Shown here: positions 18,608 to 28,486 of the stretch, piece after piece
How positions within the stretch are numbered: the stretch's first letter is position 1
How the letters are laid out: each line of letters begins with the position of its first letter
From: Bdellovibrionales bacterium
GTDB taxonomy: Bacteria > Bdellovibrionota > Bdellovibrionia > Bdellovibrionales > UBA1609
Reading direction: 5' to 3'
Assembly (NCBI GenBank): GCA_965261545.1
Contig: CBDHDF010000010.1
Span: 576,001 to 640,000 of the forward strand
Length of the DNA stretch: 64,000 nucleotides
Translations under genes and position numbers: made by a program
Notes under the pieces: generated by a model
Told to the model about the DNA's origin: nothing
Database searches by the model: none
What the model saw: only the letters and a program-made list of their open reading frames with translations

Positions 18608-18844
18608 ATGGGTGAAATAAATTCAATGAAATACAACCTTCGCACGGCCACAGAAAAAATGAAGTTTGATATTCGCCTTCTTGAGACTCATCTCAAGAAG
18701 GAGGAAGGCTCCACTGATGAGTACCAGCAATACCTCTCCCAGTTGCCTGACCTTATTGATGAATGCACTCAATTTAAGTTGGGTGAATTTATCGGTGTGG
18801 GTGAGGTTAAGAGTGAAAGTGAGGGTGATGAAGTTCAGGGTTAA
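18608..18844 (+). CDS. Small hypothetical protein
   Basis: ORF co-oriented with the operon, with GAGG RBS; acidic C-terminus. Confidence 0.55.
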   Translation: MGEINSMKYNLRTATEKMKFDIRLLETHLKKEEGSTDEYQQYLSQLPDLIDECTQFKLGEFIGVGEVKSESEGDEVQG

Positions 18845-18902
18845 CCTGAGGCTGAGGGTGTCAGCGTCAGTGTCAGTGTCAGTGTCAAAGTATGAGCGAA
18901 GA

Positions 18903-19913
18903 TTAGGGGACTGTGGGTGGGACCTTTTCGTGCAAGTCCCAAAGAAATTTTACAATTGTATTTTTACCTTTTTCCTTAGCATCGTAAAGGGCGTGGTCAG
19001 CATGGCGCACAAGCTCTTTTGAACTCATCCTTGATTGAGAATTGGCCACGATAAAACCTAAGCTCACTGTAAGCGTGGCTTCATGGAGGCCATCTTTGAA
19101 ATGGTATTTTTCGATGGTGCTTCGGAGGTGTTCACAAAATACTCTGACTTCATCCTCGCTTTTGACTTTTTTCATGACAATGAGAAACTCATCCCCACCG
19201 TAGCGTGCAGCAAAGCTATCGCTCTGGAGGGCTTGGGCAATGATCTCACCTGTTTGCTTGATGACAAGGCTTCCGAATAAGTGGTCATTCCTGTCATTGA
19301 CAAGTTTGAAGTCATCCAAGTCTAGCATGATGCAGGCTATGTGGCCTTGGGAGATTTCAGTATAATTTTGAGAGGTCTCAGTATCACTCAGGGAAGTTTT
19401 AGTGGCTTCAAGGGCGGAGTCGATCTTATCGTAGACAGACCTCATATTGTAAAGGCCGGTGAGATAATCCAAATCCACAAGTTCTTGGAGTTTTTTGTTG
19501 GTTGCAAGAAGATTCTTACGAAGATCATTGCTTTTGAAGATAGATTCAATGCGTACCAGAAACTCCTGGAATTGAAAGGGCTTATGGATAAAATCATCTG
19601 CTCCTGCCTTGAACGCATCTGTCATTATATTGGAACCTTTTCGATCAGACATCACAATGACATTGGTGTGGATTTTTTGTTGCCTTAACTCCCTGAGAAG
19701 CTCCAGTCCCGTCAAGCCTGGCATTTCACAGTCTGTAATGACAAGGTGGGGAACAAAAGACCTTATGGTATCAAAAGCTTCTTCAACATTTTCCACAAGG
19801 TGAGTTTCGTAGCCGTGGAGAGATAAAGATTCTTGGATAAGGCTTCTAACTGCTTCCTCATCATCGAGAATCAGCACTCTTTTGGGAATCGTTGGTTCTT
19901 TTACGCTTTTCAC
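18903..19913 (-). CDS. Response-regulator diguanylate cyclase (REC-GGDEF)
   Basis: VLILDD, VITDCEMP, KPF; DYLTGLYN, ARYGGDEF. Start moved to in-frame GTG 19913 to avoid a 155-nt overlap. Confidence 0.9.
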   Translation of the reverse strand: MKSVKEPTIPKRVLILDDEEAVRSLIQESLSLHGYETHLVENVEEAFDTIRSFVPHLVITDCEMPGLTGLELLRELRQQKIHTNVIVMSDRKGSNIMTDAFKAGADDFIHKPFQFQEFLVRIESIFKSNDLRKNLLATNKKLQELVDLDYLTGLYNMRSVYDKIDSALEATKTSLSDTETSQNYTEISQGHIACIMLDLDDFKLVNDRNDHLFGSLVIKQTGEIIAQALQSDSFAARYGGDEFLIVMKKVKSEDEVRVFCEHLRSTIEKYHFKDGLHEATLTVSLGFIVANSQSRMSSKELVRHADHALYDAKEKGKNTIVKFLWDLHEKVPPTVP

Positions 19914-19920
19914 AAAAAAA

Positions 19921-20847
19921 TTAGGCTTCTGATACAGTGACTTTATTTCGACCATTTTCTTTGGACCGATACAAAGCCTTGTCTGCTCTTTGAAAAATGT
20001 TTTGCCAGGATTCATCCCCTGCCATGCGAGAGGAGACTCCTGCGGATATGGTGATGGGAATTTTCGTATCTTCAAAAGTGAAATTATACCCTTCGATGGT
20101 AGTTCGAATGCGTTCAGCCACCTCTTCGGCCTGGCTTAATTCCCCACCCAGTAGGAGGAGGCAAAACTCTTCCCCTCCTGAGCGAGCAAAAAAATCATTG
20201 TCACGGATCAATTTAGTGCGGATTTCTGTGGCGACTTTTTTGAGAACATAGTCTCCAGCGGCATGGCCATGGGTATCATTTACTTTCTTAAAAAAGTCGA
20301 TATCAAAGGTGACGAGGCTGAGAGGGGCTCCAAGGAGTTCGGCCCGTTTGAAAAACTCCATGCCTCGAACCTCTAGGGCTCCTTTGTTATAAATTTCTGT
20401 CAGTGCGTCCATTTGGGCTCGGTCAAAAGCTTGGGCCGCAGAAATAGACTCAATATTTCCCTCTTCAAGGAATTTAAAAATGACATTTCCTGTTTTGACC
20501 TGGTCGTTATTGCTGAGTTTGTGGGGAATCTGTGGAGGAAGAATGGCTCCGTTGATAATGGTCTTATTTGTGGATTGAAGGTCTGTAATAGAAACTTCAC
20601 CTTCGTGCACTGTGATCTTTGCATGTTTTTTGCTTACGCTTCGATCTTCCACACAAACATCTGAGGTCTCTCCACGTCCAATGGTGCAATCCTTTTCTTC
20701 AAGTTCCCATTGTCGACCTACAGAGTGGGAGGGGCCGACCAACATGACTAGGCTAGGTGGGGCCTGTCCCGCTTGTTGCAGGCGTACCTTAAAGGTATCA
20801 CTTTGAACAATGCTTGTTTTATCTAAGGGGTGGTCATCTTCTGACAT
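19921..20847 (-). CDS. dgcB: FHA-GGDEF diguanylate cyclase, Bdellovibrio DgcB-like
   Basis: N-terminal tail DKTSIV, FHA motifs (IGR, SVSKKHA, STNKT), GGEEF with RxxD I-site. Confidence 0.85.
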   Translation of the reverse strand: MSEDDHPLDKTSIVQSDTFKVRLQQAGQAPPSLVMLVGPSHSVGRQWELEEKDCTIGRGETSDVCVEDRSVSKKHAKITVHEGEVSITDLQSTNKTIINGAILPPQIPHKLSNNDQVKTGNVIFKFLEEGNIESISAAQAFDRAQMDALTEIYNKGALEVRGMEFFKRAELLGAPLSLVTFDIDFFKKVNDTHGHAAGDYVLKKVATEIRTKLIRDNDFFARSGGEEFCLLLLGGELSQAEEVAERIRTTIEGYNFTFEDTKIPITISAGVSSRMAGDESWQNIFQRADKALYRSKENGRNKVTVSEA

Positions 20848-21106
20848 GTGTATATATTACAATGCAAAGGGGGGTGAAGTCCATCATTTGTTGAGAAGCT
20901 GGGCTTTTCATTTTGGTCCAAGTTGTTTGTATTTTAGGTGAAAAGTGGTTCGTATTTTAGGCTAAAGTTTCTTGCACTGCTTTAGATAAAGTCTTTTGCA
21001 TTTTAGTCGAGGTCCTTCGTTCTTGAGTCCAGGCCATTTGCGCTTTAGCCCAAGTCTCTTGCACGCTCACTTAGTTTTTTGAGCGGTGCTCCTCAACAAA
21101 TGACTA

Positions 21107-22234
21107 TTACTTTTTGAGAAGCGGTTGTAACTTTTTTTTGATCTTAGGCAGTTGGCTGAAGATGGCATAGGCTTTTCGAGCTTGTGAAAATGGCATGAGG
21201 GGAAAGCCCATGTACTGTCCGGATTTTTCGACATTACGGTGGACAAAGCTGTAGGCATTGAACATGGATTTATTGGTGATGTGGAGATGGTCCCCAATAA
21301 GGGTGCGCCCTCCAATAATGCAATGGCTTCCAATAGAGGTAAAACCACCAAAAATGACACCTGCGAGGAAAATATTGTGGGCACCTATAGTGGCGCTTTG
21401 GGAGATATAGCAATGATTATCGATTTTGGTTCCCTCGCCAATAAGAGTGTTGCCTAAGATGCCCCTTTCCACTTGAACGCAGGAGGCTAACTCGACAAAA
21501 TCTTCAAGAATCACTCTTCCATAAAAGGGGTTGTTGGAGGTGTTAGAACCTAGGGTGGATTGGGATTGAATGCGGCAGTGATTCCCAACGGTGACATGGT
21601 GGTGAAGCGTAACACTTGGTTCAATAAGACTATGGTGACCGATATGGGAGTGCGGACCCAAGTAGGAGTTGGCTCCAATATAGCTATGATTTCCAACAGA
21701 CGTTCCCTCCGAGATAATGGCGTGTGGGCCAATGACAACTTGTTCCCCGAGGCTTGCCGTGGGAGAGATGATCGCTGAGGGGTGGATGCTGTGCCCATTC
21801 ACTTTTTGGGGGGTGAGAGGGGCTTTGAAAAACTCTTTGAGAATCAGGGCCATGGAAAGGGAAAGCATGGGGGTGGATAAAATGCAAGGAGAGTGGGGTG
21901 GTTGTTCTTGAGACAGCTTTGGGTGGGATTGTTTCCATGGAGTAGGCTGCTCCATGGGGGAGGAGGTAAGCTTAGTATTTAGCTTTTTGGCAATCTTGGC
22001 ATCTACGATGATCACACTGACTTCGGCGTCAAAGCAGGGGGTGAGCCACTTGGGGTGGGAGACGAAGCAAAGGGCTTTGATCTGGGGGGCCTCGCAGGAG
22101 CAAGGAGCTTCGGCTTGAAGTTCAAGGGGGCCTCTTACATGTTGGATAAGATTGGGGAAGATTTTGAGAATTTGTTGTCCATTGACCACGAAGGGGCTCC
22201 TTTGAAGGGTATTGCTGGAGGTGGCATTTGGCAC
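21107..22234 (-). CDS. lpxD: LpxD-like hexapeptide-repeat acyltransferase homolog (divergent active site)
   Basis: N-terminal LpxD domain, IHPSAII, hexapeptide repeats, GTKIDN, C-terminal G.P...LP helix; the GFG and QIAHN motifs are absent. Confidence 0.7.
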   Translation of the reverse strand: MPNATSSNTLQRSPFVVNGQQILKIFPNLIQHVRGPLELQAEAPCSCEAPQIKALCFVSHPKWLTPCFDAEVSVIIVDAKIAKKLNTKLTSSPMEQPTPWKQSHPKLSQEQPPHSPCILSTPMLSLSMALILKEFFKAPLTPQKVNGHSIHPSAIISPTASLGEQVVIGPHAIISEGTSVGNHSYIGANSYLGPHSHIGHHSLIEPSVTLHHHVTVGNHCRIQSQSTLGSNTSNNPFYGRVILEDFVELASCVQVERGILGNTLIGEGTKIDNHCYISQSATIGAHNIFLAGVIFGGFTSIGSHCIIGGRTLIGDHLHITNKSMFNAYSFVHRNVEKSGQYMGFPLMPFSQARKAYAIFSQLPKIKKKLQPLLKK

Positions 22235-22422
22235 TTGAAGCTCAAGGCATGGAACTTGAAGTCGGTAGAGATTAGAGATTCAAGTTCTAGCTCTTCATAG
22301 AACACTTGGGGGGTTGAAAAAAGTATAGGTGCGTCGCTACAGAGTCGAACTTTTTAAGATTTTATTGTATACTACCCCGTAAGTGTTAAATGTGTAGGTG
22401 GTAGGGGGGTTGAGCGTGGGTC

Positions 22423-22728
22423 ATGGGGTGTGCTGGGAGGTATGGTTTGGTGACAGCCAAGAGTAAAAGCAAAAGCAAGAAGATGACCAAGGTGGAGTTA
22501 GAAGCTCAAGAGCTTCAGGGGAAGTTGGCTAAGAAGTGGATTGGCCTTTACAGTCGATCTAAATCCATTGAAACTTTACCTTACAATATGAAGCAAACGT
22601 TTCAAGAAAAGACAGCTATTGCTCACAAGGTTTTAGGTTGGGGTTATATTTTATCCAATGAGAACCATCGCCTTGAGGTTCTGTTTAAAGATGGTGTAAA
22701 ACAACTTATTTCTAACTACAAGGTGTGA
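22423..22728 (+). CDS. Hypothetical protein
   Basis: C-terminal H..LGWG.I...RLEVLF.DG small beta-barrel-like pattern; precedes infA; start uncertain. Confidence 0.6.
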   Translation: MGCAGRYGLVTAKSKSKSKKMTKVELEAQELQGKLAKKWIGLYSRSKSIETLPYNMKQTFQEKTAIAHKVLGWGYILSNENHRLEVLFKDGVKQLISNYKV

Positions 22729-22775
22729 GTTTATGTACAATTGGGGTGGCTTGATGGCAAAACTATGGTGGGCTT

Positions 22776-22994
22776 ATGGCAAAAGATGATTTAGCTCAAG
22801 TGGAAGGCACAGTGATTGACTCTGGAGTGGGGGGGCTTTATAAAGTGAAGTTGGAAAACGAGGTTGAAATTTCAGCCAAGCTCTGTGGGAAGATGAGGAG
22901 ATTCAACATTCGTGTGGTGGTGGGGGACCGGGTGGTTGTTGGAGTTTCTCCCTATGACCTCTCCCATGGTCTTATTATGTATCGTCATAAATAA
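22776..22994 (+). CDS. infA: Translation initiation factor IF-1
   Basis: MAKDD, GKMRRFNIRVVVGDRV, SPYDL. Confidence 0.97.
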   Translation: MAKDDLAQVEGTVIDSGVGGLYKVKLENEVEISAKLCGKMRRFNIRVVVGDRVVVGVSPYDLSHGLIMYRHK

Positions 22995-23063
22995 ATAAGT
23001 ATGTATTGTCAGTATTATCATAAATAAAATATCCCTTGGGGTGAGTGGTAACAAGGTCGATTT

Positions 23064-25595
23064 ATGGGGCTTTCTTTAGATCCAAATTTTCAAAAGTATT
23101 CAGATGTTAAGCTCAGTGGCTTGTCTAAGTCATCCATTGCAGCGGTGTTGTCTTTGGCCTCCGAGGGAGGCACCATTCCATTTATTTCCAGATATCGCAA
23201 GGAGGCCACAGGTAACTTGGATGAAGTTCAGGTTCGTACCATTGTGGAGGCTTTTGAGGACTGGAAGGAATTGGACAAAAGAAAGACCTTTATTCTGTCT
23301 GAAATCGAGAAAAAAGGTGGTCTAACCCCGGAGTTCAAATTACAAATTCAGACTTCCTTGGAGATGTTTGAATTGGAGGAACTTTATCGCCCCTTTAAGC
23401 GACAAAAAAAAACCAAGGCTCAGTTGGCCAAGGAGGCAGGAATAGAGCCATTGGCTCATTGGATTTGGTCTCAGGGACAGGGTGAAGCCCCTGAGGGTTC
23501 CACCACATTGGAGGTGAAGGCCAAGGAGTACATCAAGCCTTCTGCGGGGTATCCGACTTACGAGGAAGTGCTCCGTGGCGCCCAACACATCATTGTCGAG
23601 AAGCTCGTGAGTTTTTCAAATTTGCGCCAAGCTATTAAAGATGAGGCTTTTCAAAGGGGAACAGTGAGTTCCAAGCCGACCTCTAAGTTCAAGACTCATT
23701 CAAAATATGAAATGTATGCTGACTTCTCAGATTCTGTACAAAATCTTTTATCTAAGAAAGCTTCCCATCGGTACTTGGCTTTGCGTCGTGGCTGGCAAGA
23801 GGGGGAGTTAAAGGTCAGTTTGGAGTTTCCCGAGGAAGAACTTGTCAAGCAATTTGAGGCTGTGGCTGTGAAGCGAAAAGAGAGCCATGTGAGTTCGTTG
23901 CTAAAGCAGGCGGCGCAGACAGCTCTTAAGGTTCATCTCATTCCATCGGTGGTCAATGAGCAACACAGCTTGCTTAAGGAAAGTGCGGATAAATTTGCCA
24001 TCGAGGTGTTTTCTCAGAATGTGCGAAAAATATTGATGTTTAGCCCCTTTGGGGCCCGTGTTGTCTTGGGGGTGGATCCTGGTTTGAAAACGGGCTGCAA
24101 GCTTGCTCTTGTGGATGAACGTGGGCAATTTATTTCTAGTACGGTTTTGTACACCTTGGGAGAGGGAGCGAAGGTCAAGGCAAAGAATTTGTTTGAGGAG
24201 GTGTTGAAGCAAATTCAGATAGAGGCCATTGCCGTGGGTCACGGAACGGGAGGTCGTGAGGCAGAGACTTTTATTCGTGATGCTTTAAAAGAAATTGGCA
24301 AAGAAGAGGTGCCAGTGGTGATGGTCAATGAGGCAGGAGCCAGTGTTTACTCAGCCTCGGATGTGGCCCGTGAAGAGTTTCCCGACTTGGATCTCACGGT
24401 GAGGGGAGCTATTTCCATTGCTCGTAGATTGCAGGATCCCCTTGCGGAGTTCGTCAAGGTTCCACCTAAGAGCATCGGTGTGGGGCAATACCAACATGAT
24501 GTCTCCCAGGGTCGTCTTAAGAAATCCCTCTACGGAGCTGTGGAATCATGCGTGAATGAGGTGGGTGTCGATTTAAATACAGCATCGAGTTCATTGCTTC
24601 AGTATGTGGCGGGGATTGGCCCTGCTCTCGCGAAGGCCATTGTGAGCCATCGCAAAGAAAAGGGTCTTTTTAAGGAGCGTGGTGAGTTGATGAAAGTGGC
24701 TCGCTTTAGTTCCAAAGTTTTTGAACAGTCCGTAGGCTTTCTTAGAATACGGGGAGGGGGTGTGCCCTTGGATGGGACGGGTATTCACCCCGAGCGCTAC
24801 ATGGTGGTAGGGGACATGGCCCGTGAGGTGGGGGTTTCTGTGGCTCAACTTCTGCGTGGATCAGGACTGGAGACTTTGAGACTCCAGGGTGACAAATGGT
24901 CTCACCTTGTGGGGGAGTACACGCTGGGAGATATTATGGTCGAGCTTGAAAAGCCCGGGCACGACCCCCGTGATCCCTATAAGGTTTTTAAATTTCGGGA
25001 AGATATCCACGAGATTAAGGATTTGAAAAAAGATATGCTGTGTCCTGGTGTTGTTACAAATGTCACAAACTTTGGTGCCTTTGTGGACATTGGGGTTCAT
25101 CAAGATGGTTTGGTTCATATTTCTGAACTGTCCCATGTTTTTGTTTCTGATCCCCAGCAGGTGGTGGGTCCAGGAGAGCAAGTTCAGGTGAAAGTTCTGG
25201 CTGTGGATAAAGCAAAAAATCAGATTTCTCTCACCATGTGTTTGAAAGACAAAGTTTTGTCATCCATGAATCAGAGTCGTTCTTCGGATTCGTTGAAAGT
25301 GGGTTCAAGCCGCCCCTCTCTGCCCTCTCATCCAAATCGGCAGCAGAAGGTGGAAGATCGGCAGCAAAATTTGGGGGCGAAGCCGAAGCTAAAAAGCCTT
25401 TTTAAGCAAGATAAGATTAAAAAAATCAAAGGCAAAGGCTCCTCAAAGACATTTCAACATAGAGCGAAGAGCGAGGGAGGGGGGCATAGAAAGGCTTCTT
25501 CAGGGAAAACATCTTCAGGGAAGGCTCGCTTGGGACGACGAACTTCTCAACCCTTTAACAATCCTTTTGCCGCTTTGACGGAGCTTAAAAAGTGA
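23064..25595 (+). CDS. tex: Tex family RNA-binding transcription accessory protein
   Basis: TIPFISRYRKE, GVDPG..TGCK, EAGASVYSAS, SIGVGQYQHD, C-terminal S1 domain. Confidence 0.95.
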   Translation: MGLSLDPNFQKYSDVKLSGLSKSSIAAVLSLASEGGTIPFISRYRKEATGNLDEVQVRTIVEAFEDWKELDKRKTFILSEIEKKGGLTPEFKLQIQTSLEMFELEELYRPFKRQKKTKAQLAKEAGIEPLAHWIWSQGQGEAPEGSTTLEVKAKEYIKPSAGYPTYEEVLRGAQHIIVEKLVSFSNLRQAIKDEAFQRGTVSSKPTSKFKTHSKYEMYADFSDSVQNLLSKKASHRYLALRRGWQEGELKVSLEFPEEELVKQFEAVAVKRKESHVSSLLKQAAQTALKVHLIPSVVNEQHSLLKESADKFAIEVFSQNVRKILMFSPFGARVVLGVDPGLKTGCKLALVDERGQFISSTVLYTLGEGAKVKAKNLFEEVLKQIQIEAIAVGHGTGGREAETFIRDALKEIGKEEVPVVMVNEAGASVYSASDVAREEFPDLDLTVRGAISIARRLQDPLAEFVKVPPKSIGVGQYQHDVSQGRLKKSLYGAVESCVNEVGVDLNTASSSLLQYVAGIGPALAKAIVSHRKEKGLFKERGELMKVARFSSKVFEQSVGFLRIRGGGVPLDGTGIHPERYMVVGDMAREVGVSVAQLLRGSGLETLRLQGDKWSHLVGEYTLGDIMVELEKPGHDPRDPYKVFKFREDIHEIKDLKKDMLCPGVVTNVTNFGAFVDIGVHQDGLVHISELSHVFVSDPQQVVGPGEQVQVKVLAVDKAKNQISLTMCLKDKVLSSMNQSRSSDSLKVGSSRPSLPSHPNRQQKVEDRQQNLGAKPKLKSLFKQDKIKKIKGKGSSKTFQHRAKSEGGGHRKASSGKTSSGKARLGRRTSQPFNNPFAALTELKK

Positions 25596-26899
25596 AAAAT
25601 GGATGTTGCAAAATGAAGAGTGGGTGCTACAAACTCCTTAAATTTCTTAAACTTCTTAAATTTCTCTGTGTCCATGTTTATGTTTGTTTTTCTTCTTTAT
25701 TTTCTTCTTTGTTTTTTTCTTTGTTCTTATGTTTATTTTCTGGAGAAACTCCTCACCTACATGCTCAGTCCTTGGTGGAAGAAAGCTACGAGGGTGTGAG
25801 TTCTAAAACTTCGCCTCTAGAGGCTCGCCAAAATATTTTGAAGAATGCAAGGAGGAGTGCTTCCTTAAAATACATTCAACATCTTGCCTCTCACTTCAAT
25901 ATTCTTCAGCGTTTGCCTGTTTTTGAGCAGAAGATTCTTAAGCACCATGAAAAGTATATTCTTTTTATGAGTGGTGGGGAGCTTCAGAAGGTAGAAGATG
26001 GTTATACAATGTTGGTAAAAATGAAGATTTCTTTGAAGAATCTTCGTGAAATATTATTGGCAGAGGGATTGTTGTACAAATCTGATGGGCCGCCAGCCAT
26101 TATTCCTGTGGTTTCCTTGAGGGATAAAGTTCATGGAGTTCAACTGAACTGGTGGGATCAGGGGTCTTCTTCCAATACCTATCTCTATGAGTACGGGACT
26201 CACTGGGAGCGACATCTGAAGAAACAACTTTTAGAAATGGGGTTTTATCTTATTTCTCCCATGGAGCATCGCCTTCAAAACTCACTGCCCTTGGCTTTAC
26301 GTAGGGAAAAACTCACAGAAGCCGACCGTCAAAGTGTGGCTGCCTTTTTAGGGGCCACAGTAGTGGTGGATGGAAGCATCACTCTTCAAGATGCCCCTGG
26401 GAAAAAGGCCCTAGGGGCTGATAAATCCAAGGGGGCTTTTAAGATTGATATTCATTTACGGGGAAGCTCTACCTACAATGGGCGAGTGATTGCTGAGGTT
26501 GTAAGAACTTATACCACTCCTGTGGGTTCTTTGAATCAAGTTGTCTTTCAGAAGCTTCTTGAGGTTTATCCTGGTATTGCCAAGGATTTAACGGCTCAGT
26601 TCCATGACTCATGGAAGCGGGGAATATTGGATTCCTCTTTGGTGAAACTCACTCTTCATGGCTCTGTGAATTACCATCAGCTTAAGCAGTTTAAAAAACT
26701 TCTTATCCAACAAGTGAAGGCGATTAAACAGGTGAAAGAAAGGCTGTTTGAACCCTCAAAAGTTACATTGGATTTAGAAGTGGATGGGAGTTCCCAGGAA
26801 TTGGCTGTTCATCTACAAAAGGAACAATTTCCCCGTTTTCATGTGGAGGTTTCCTATGTGGGGGCCCAGCGGATCGATCTTAAAATCTCAAGTTTGTAA
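25592..26899 (+). CDS. Hypothetical exported protein
   Basis: 435-aa ORF in the operon; hydrophobic N-terminus; start uncertain. Confidence 0.7.
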   Translation: MKNGCCKMKSGCYKLLKFLKLLKFLCVHVYVCFSSLFSSLFFSLFLCLFSGETPHLHAQSLVEESYEGVSSKTSPLEARQNILKNARRSASLKYIQHLASHFNILQRLPVFEQKILKHHEKYILFMSGGELQKVEDGYTMLVKMKISLKNLREILLAEGLLYKSDGPPAIIPVVSLRDKVHGVQLNWWDQGSSSNTYLYEYGTHWERHLKKQLLEMGFYLISPMEHRLQNSLPLALRREKLTEADRQSVAAFLGATVVVDGSITLQDAPGKKALGADKSKGAFKIDIHLRGSSTYNGRVIAEVVRTYTTPVGSLNQVVFQKLLEVYPGIAKDLTAQFHDSWKRGILDSSLVKLTLHGSVNYHQLKQFKKLLIQQVKAIKQVKERLFEPSKVTLDLEVDGSSQELAVHLQKEQFPRFHVEVSYVGAQRIDLKISSL

Positions 26900-26906
26900 G
26901 TAAATT

Positions 26907-28454
26907 ATGAACTTTAAGGTGAAGACTCTGATTCAAAAAATCATTCAAGCCACGGCCTCCTTGAAATTGGCAGTTGTTGTTATCTTATTGTTGGGTACTA
27001 TTTCGGCTGTGGGGACTCTTGTAGAGTCTCGCTATGATGCCATTACAGCCCAGAAACTTGTTTATCACTCTTCTTACATGTATGCCACCATAGCTTTATT
27101 GTGTATCAACCTTATTGGTGTCATGGTGGACCGGTGGCCTTGGAGGTTTCACCACATGGGTTTTGTCTTTGCTCACACAGGCATTATTATCACTATTTTG
27201 GGTGCTTGGTTGACCAAGGAGCATGGTATTGATGGTTCTTTACAGATTCCTGTGGGAGAAAAAAATCGATTTGTGATTTTGCCCCAGGAGGAGTTGAGCA
27301 TTTCTTCCGCTTTTTTAGGAACTCCCATGGAGATTCTTTTAAGAAAGGAGGTGGATTTTTTAACGAAACCTCCAGAGAGGTATCCCTTGGTGTATCCTTT
27401 GGAAGAGGGAAATTTGCATGTGAGACGCTATTGGCCCTATGCCGTGCCACGGGAGAGAATGATACATTCCAAGGATCATCGTGGGGGGCCTGCCGTGCGA
27501 ATTCAGTTGTTTAATGACAAAATTTCTGAGACCCATTGGCTTTGGCTGAAGCGGCAAGGAGAAGAGAAAAGTGAGGTGAACCTAGGACCTGCCAAAGTCA
27601 TTTTGGCACCTCACCCCTATACATACACGGAGAATGGCAATGCCATTGTCTTAGAGGTTGTTGTCAATGAAAAGTCCCTTGCCTTGGAGGGTGACACAGG
27701 CAAACCGGCTTCTTTAGATGGTGGCAAGCCTGCTTCTTTGGGTGGTGACTCTGGAAAATCCCTGGCCTTGGAGGCTGAGACCCGCTCTGTTCAGCTGCTC
27801 CAATCTCTAAGGTATCAAATCCACTCCCAGCGAAGGGGAGGTTTGTTAAAAAAGGGGAAAGTGACCCCTGGTGATATTGTCGACACCGGCTGGAGAATGG
27901 ACCTTCAGTTGAGAGTGATTTCCTTTCTTCCCAGTGCCCAGAGGGAGTACCTCTATGAAAAGAGAGAAAGACCCTTAGAAGGGATGACAACTCCTGCCAT
28001 TGAGATCGAATACAGGGGGGACAAGCGTTGGTTGGGGCTTGGTGCCATCACTCGTTACTTTTTAGAGAATCGTGCCTATATTGTGAGTTACCGTCGTTCT
28101 TATTTGCGTCTTCCCTTTGACTTGGAGTTGAGAGATTTTCGTGTAGGAAGGTACAAGGGATCCATGAGAGCGGCTTCTTACGAAAGCGATGTGTTTATCA
28201 AGGGCTTTGGAGAGGTGACAATTTCTATGAACCAACCTTTGAAATATCAAGGTTTGACCTTTTATCAATCAAGCTTCCAAGAGGCTGAGTCAGGGCGCCC
28301 CTATATATCGATTTTTTCTGTGAATCATGATCCAGGGCGATATATTAAGTACTTTGGTTGTTTTCTCGTTGTTTTGGGTTCTATTCTTCTATTTTATTTG
28401 AAGCGTAGAAAGATGTACCCCTCCAAGGTGCACTCCCCAAAGGTGTATCTTTAG
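26907..28454 (+). CDS. Cytochrome c biogenesis protein, ResB/Ccs1-like
   Basis: Three N-terminal TMs with H.G, ISMNQPL, FYQSSF, VNHDPG plus final TM; upstream of ccsA. Confidence 0.85.
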   Translation: MNFKVKTLIQKIIQATASLKLAVVVILLLGTISAVGTLVESRYDAITAQKLVYHSSYMYATIALLCINLIGVMVDRWPWRFHHMGFVFAHTGIIITILGAWLTKEHGIDGSLQIPVGEKNRFVILPQEELSISSAFLGTPMEILLRKEVDFLTKPPERYPLVYPLEEGNLHVRRYWPYAVPRERMIHSKDHRGGPAVRIQLFNDKISETHWLWLKRQGEEKSEVNLGPAKVILAPHPYTYTENGNAIVLEVVVNEKSLALEGDTGKPASLDGGKPASLGGDSGKSLALEAETRSVQLLQSLRYQIHSQRRGGLLKKGKVTPGDIVDTGWRMDLQLRVISFLPSAQREYLYEKRERPLEGMTTPAIEIEYRGDKRWLGLGAITRYFLENRAYIVSYRRSYLRLPFDLELRDFRVGRYKGSMRAASYESDVFIKGFGEVTISMNQPLKYQGLTFYQSSFQEAESGRPYISIFSVNHDPGRYIKYFGCFLVVLGSILLFYLKRRKMYPSKVHSPKVYL

Positions 28455-28486
28455 AGGTTCTCTTCAGCAAAGGATGAAAACGCAGT

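Noticed and set aside
19914..20075. Long overlap of the two diguanylate cyclase genes
   Set aside because: An in-frame GTG at 19913 just after the upstream stop gives a normal operon junction.
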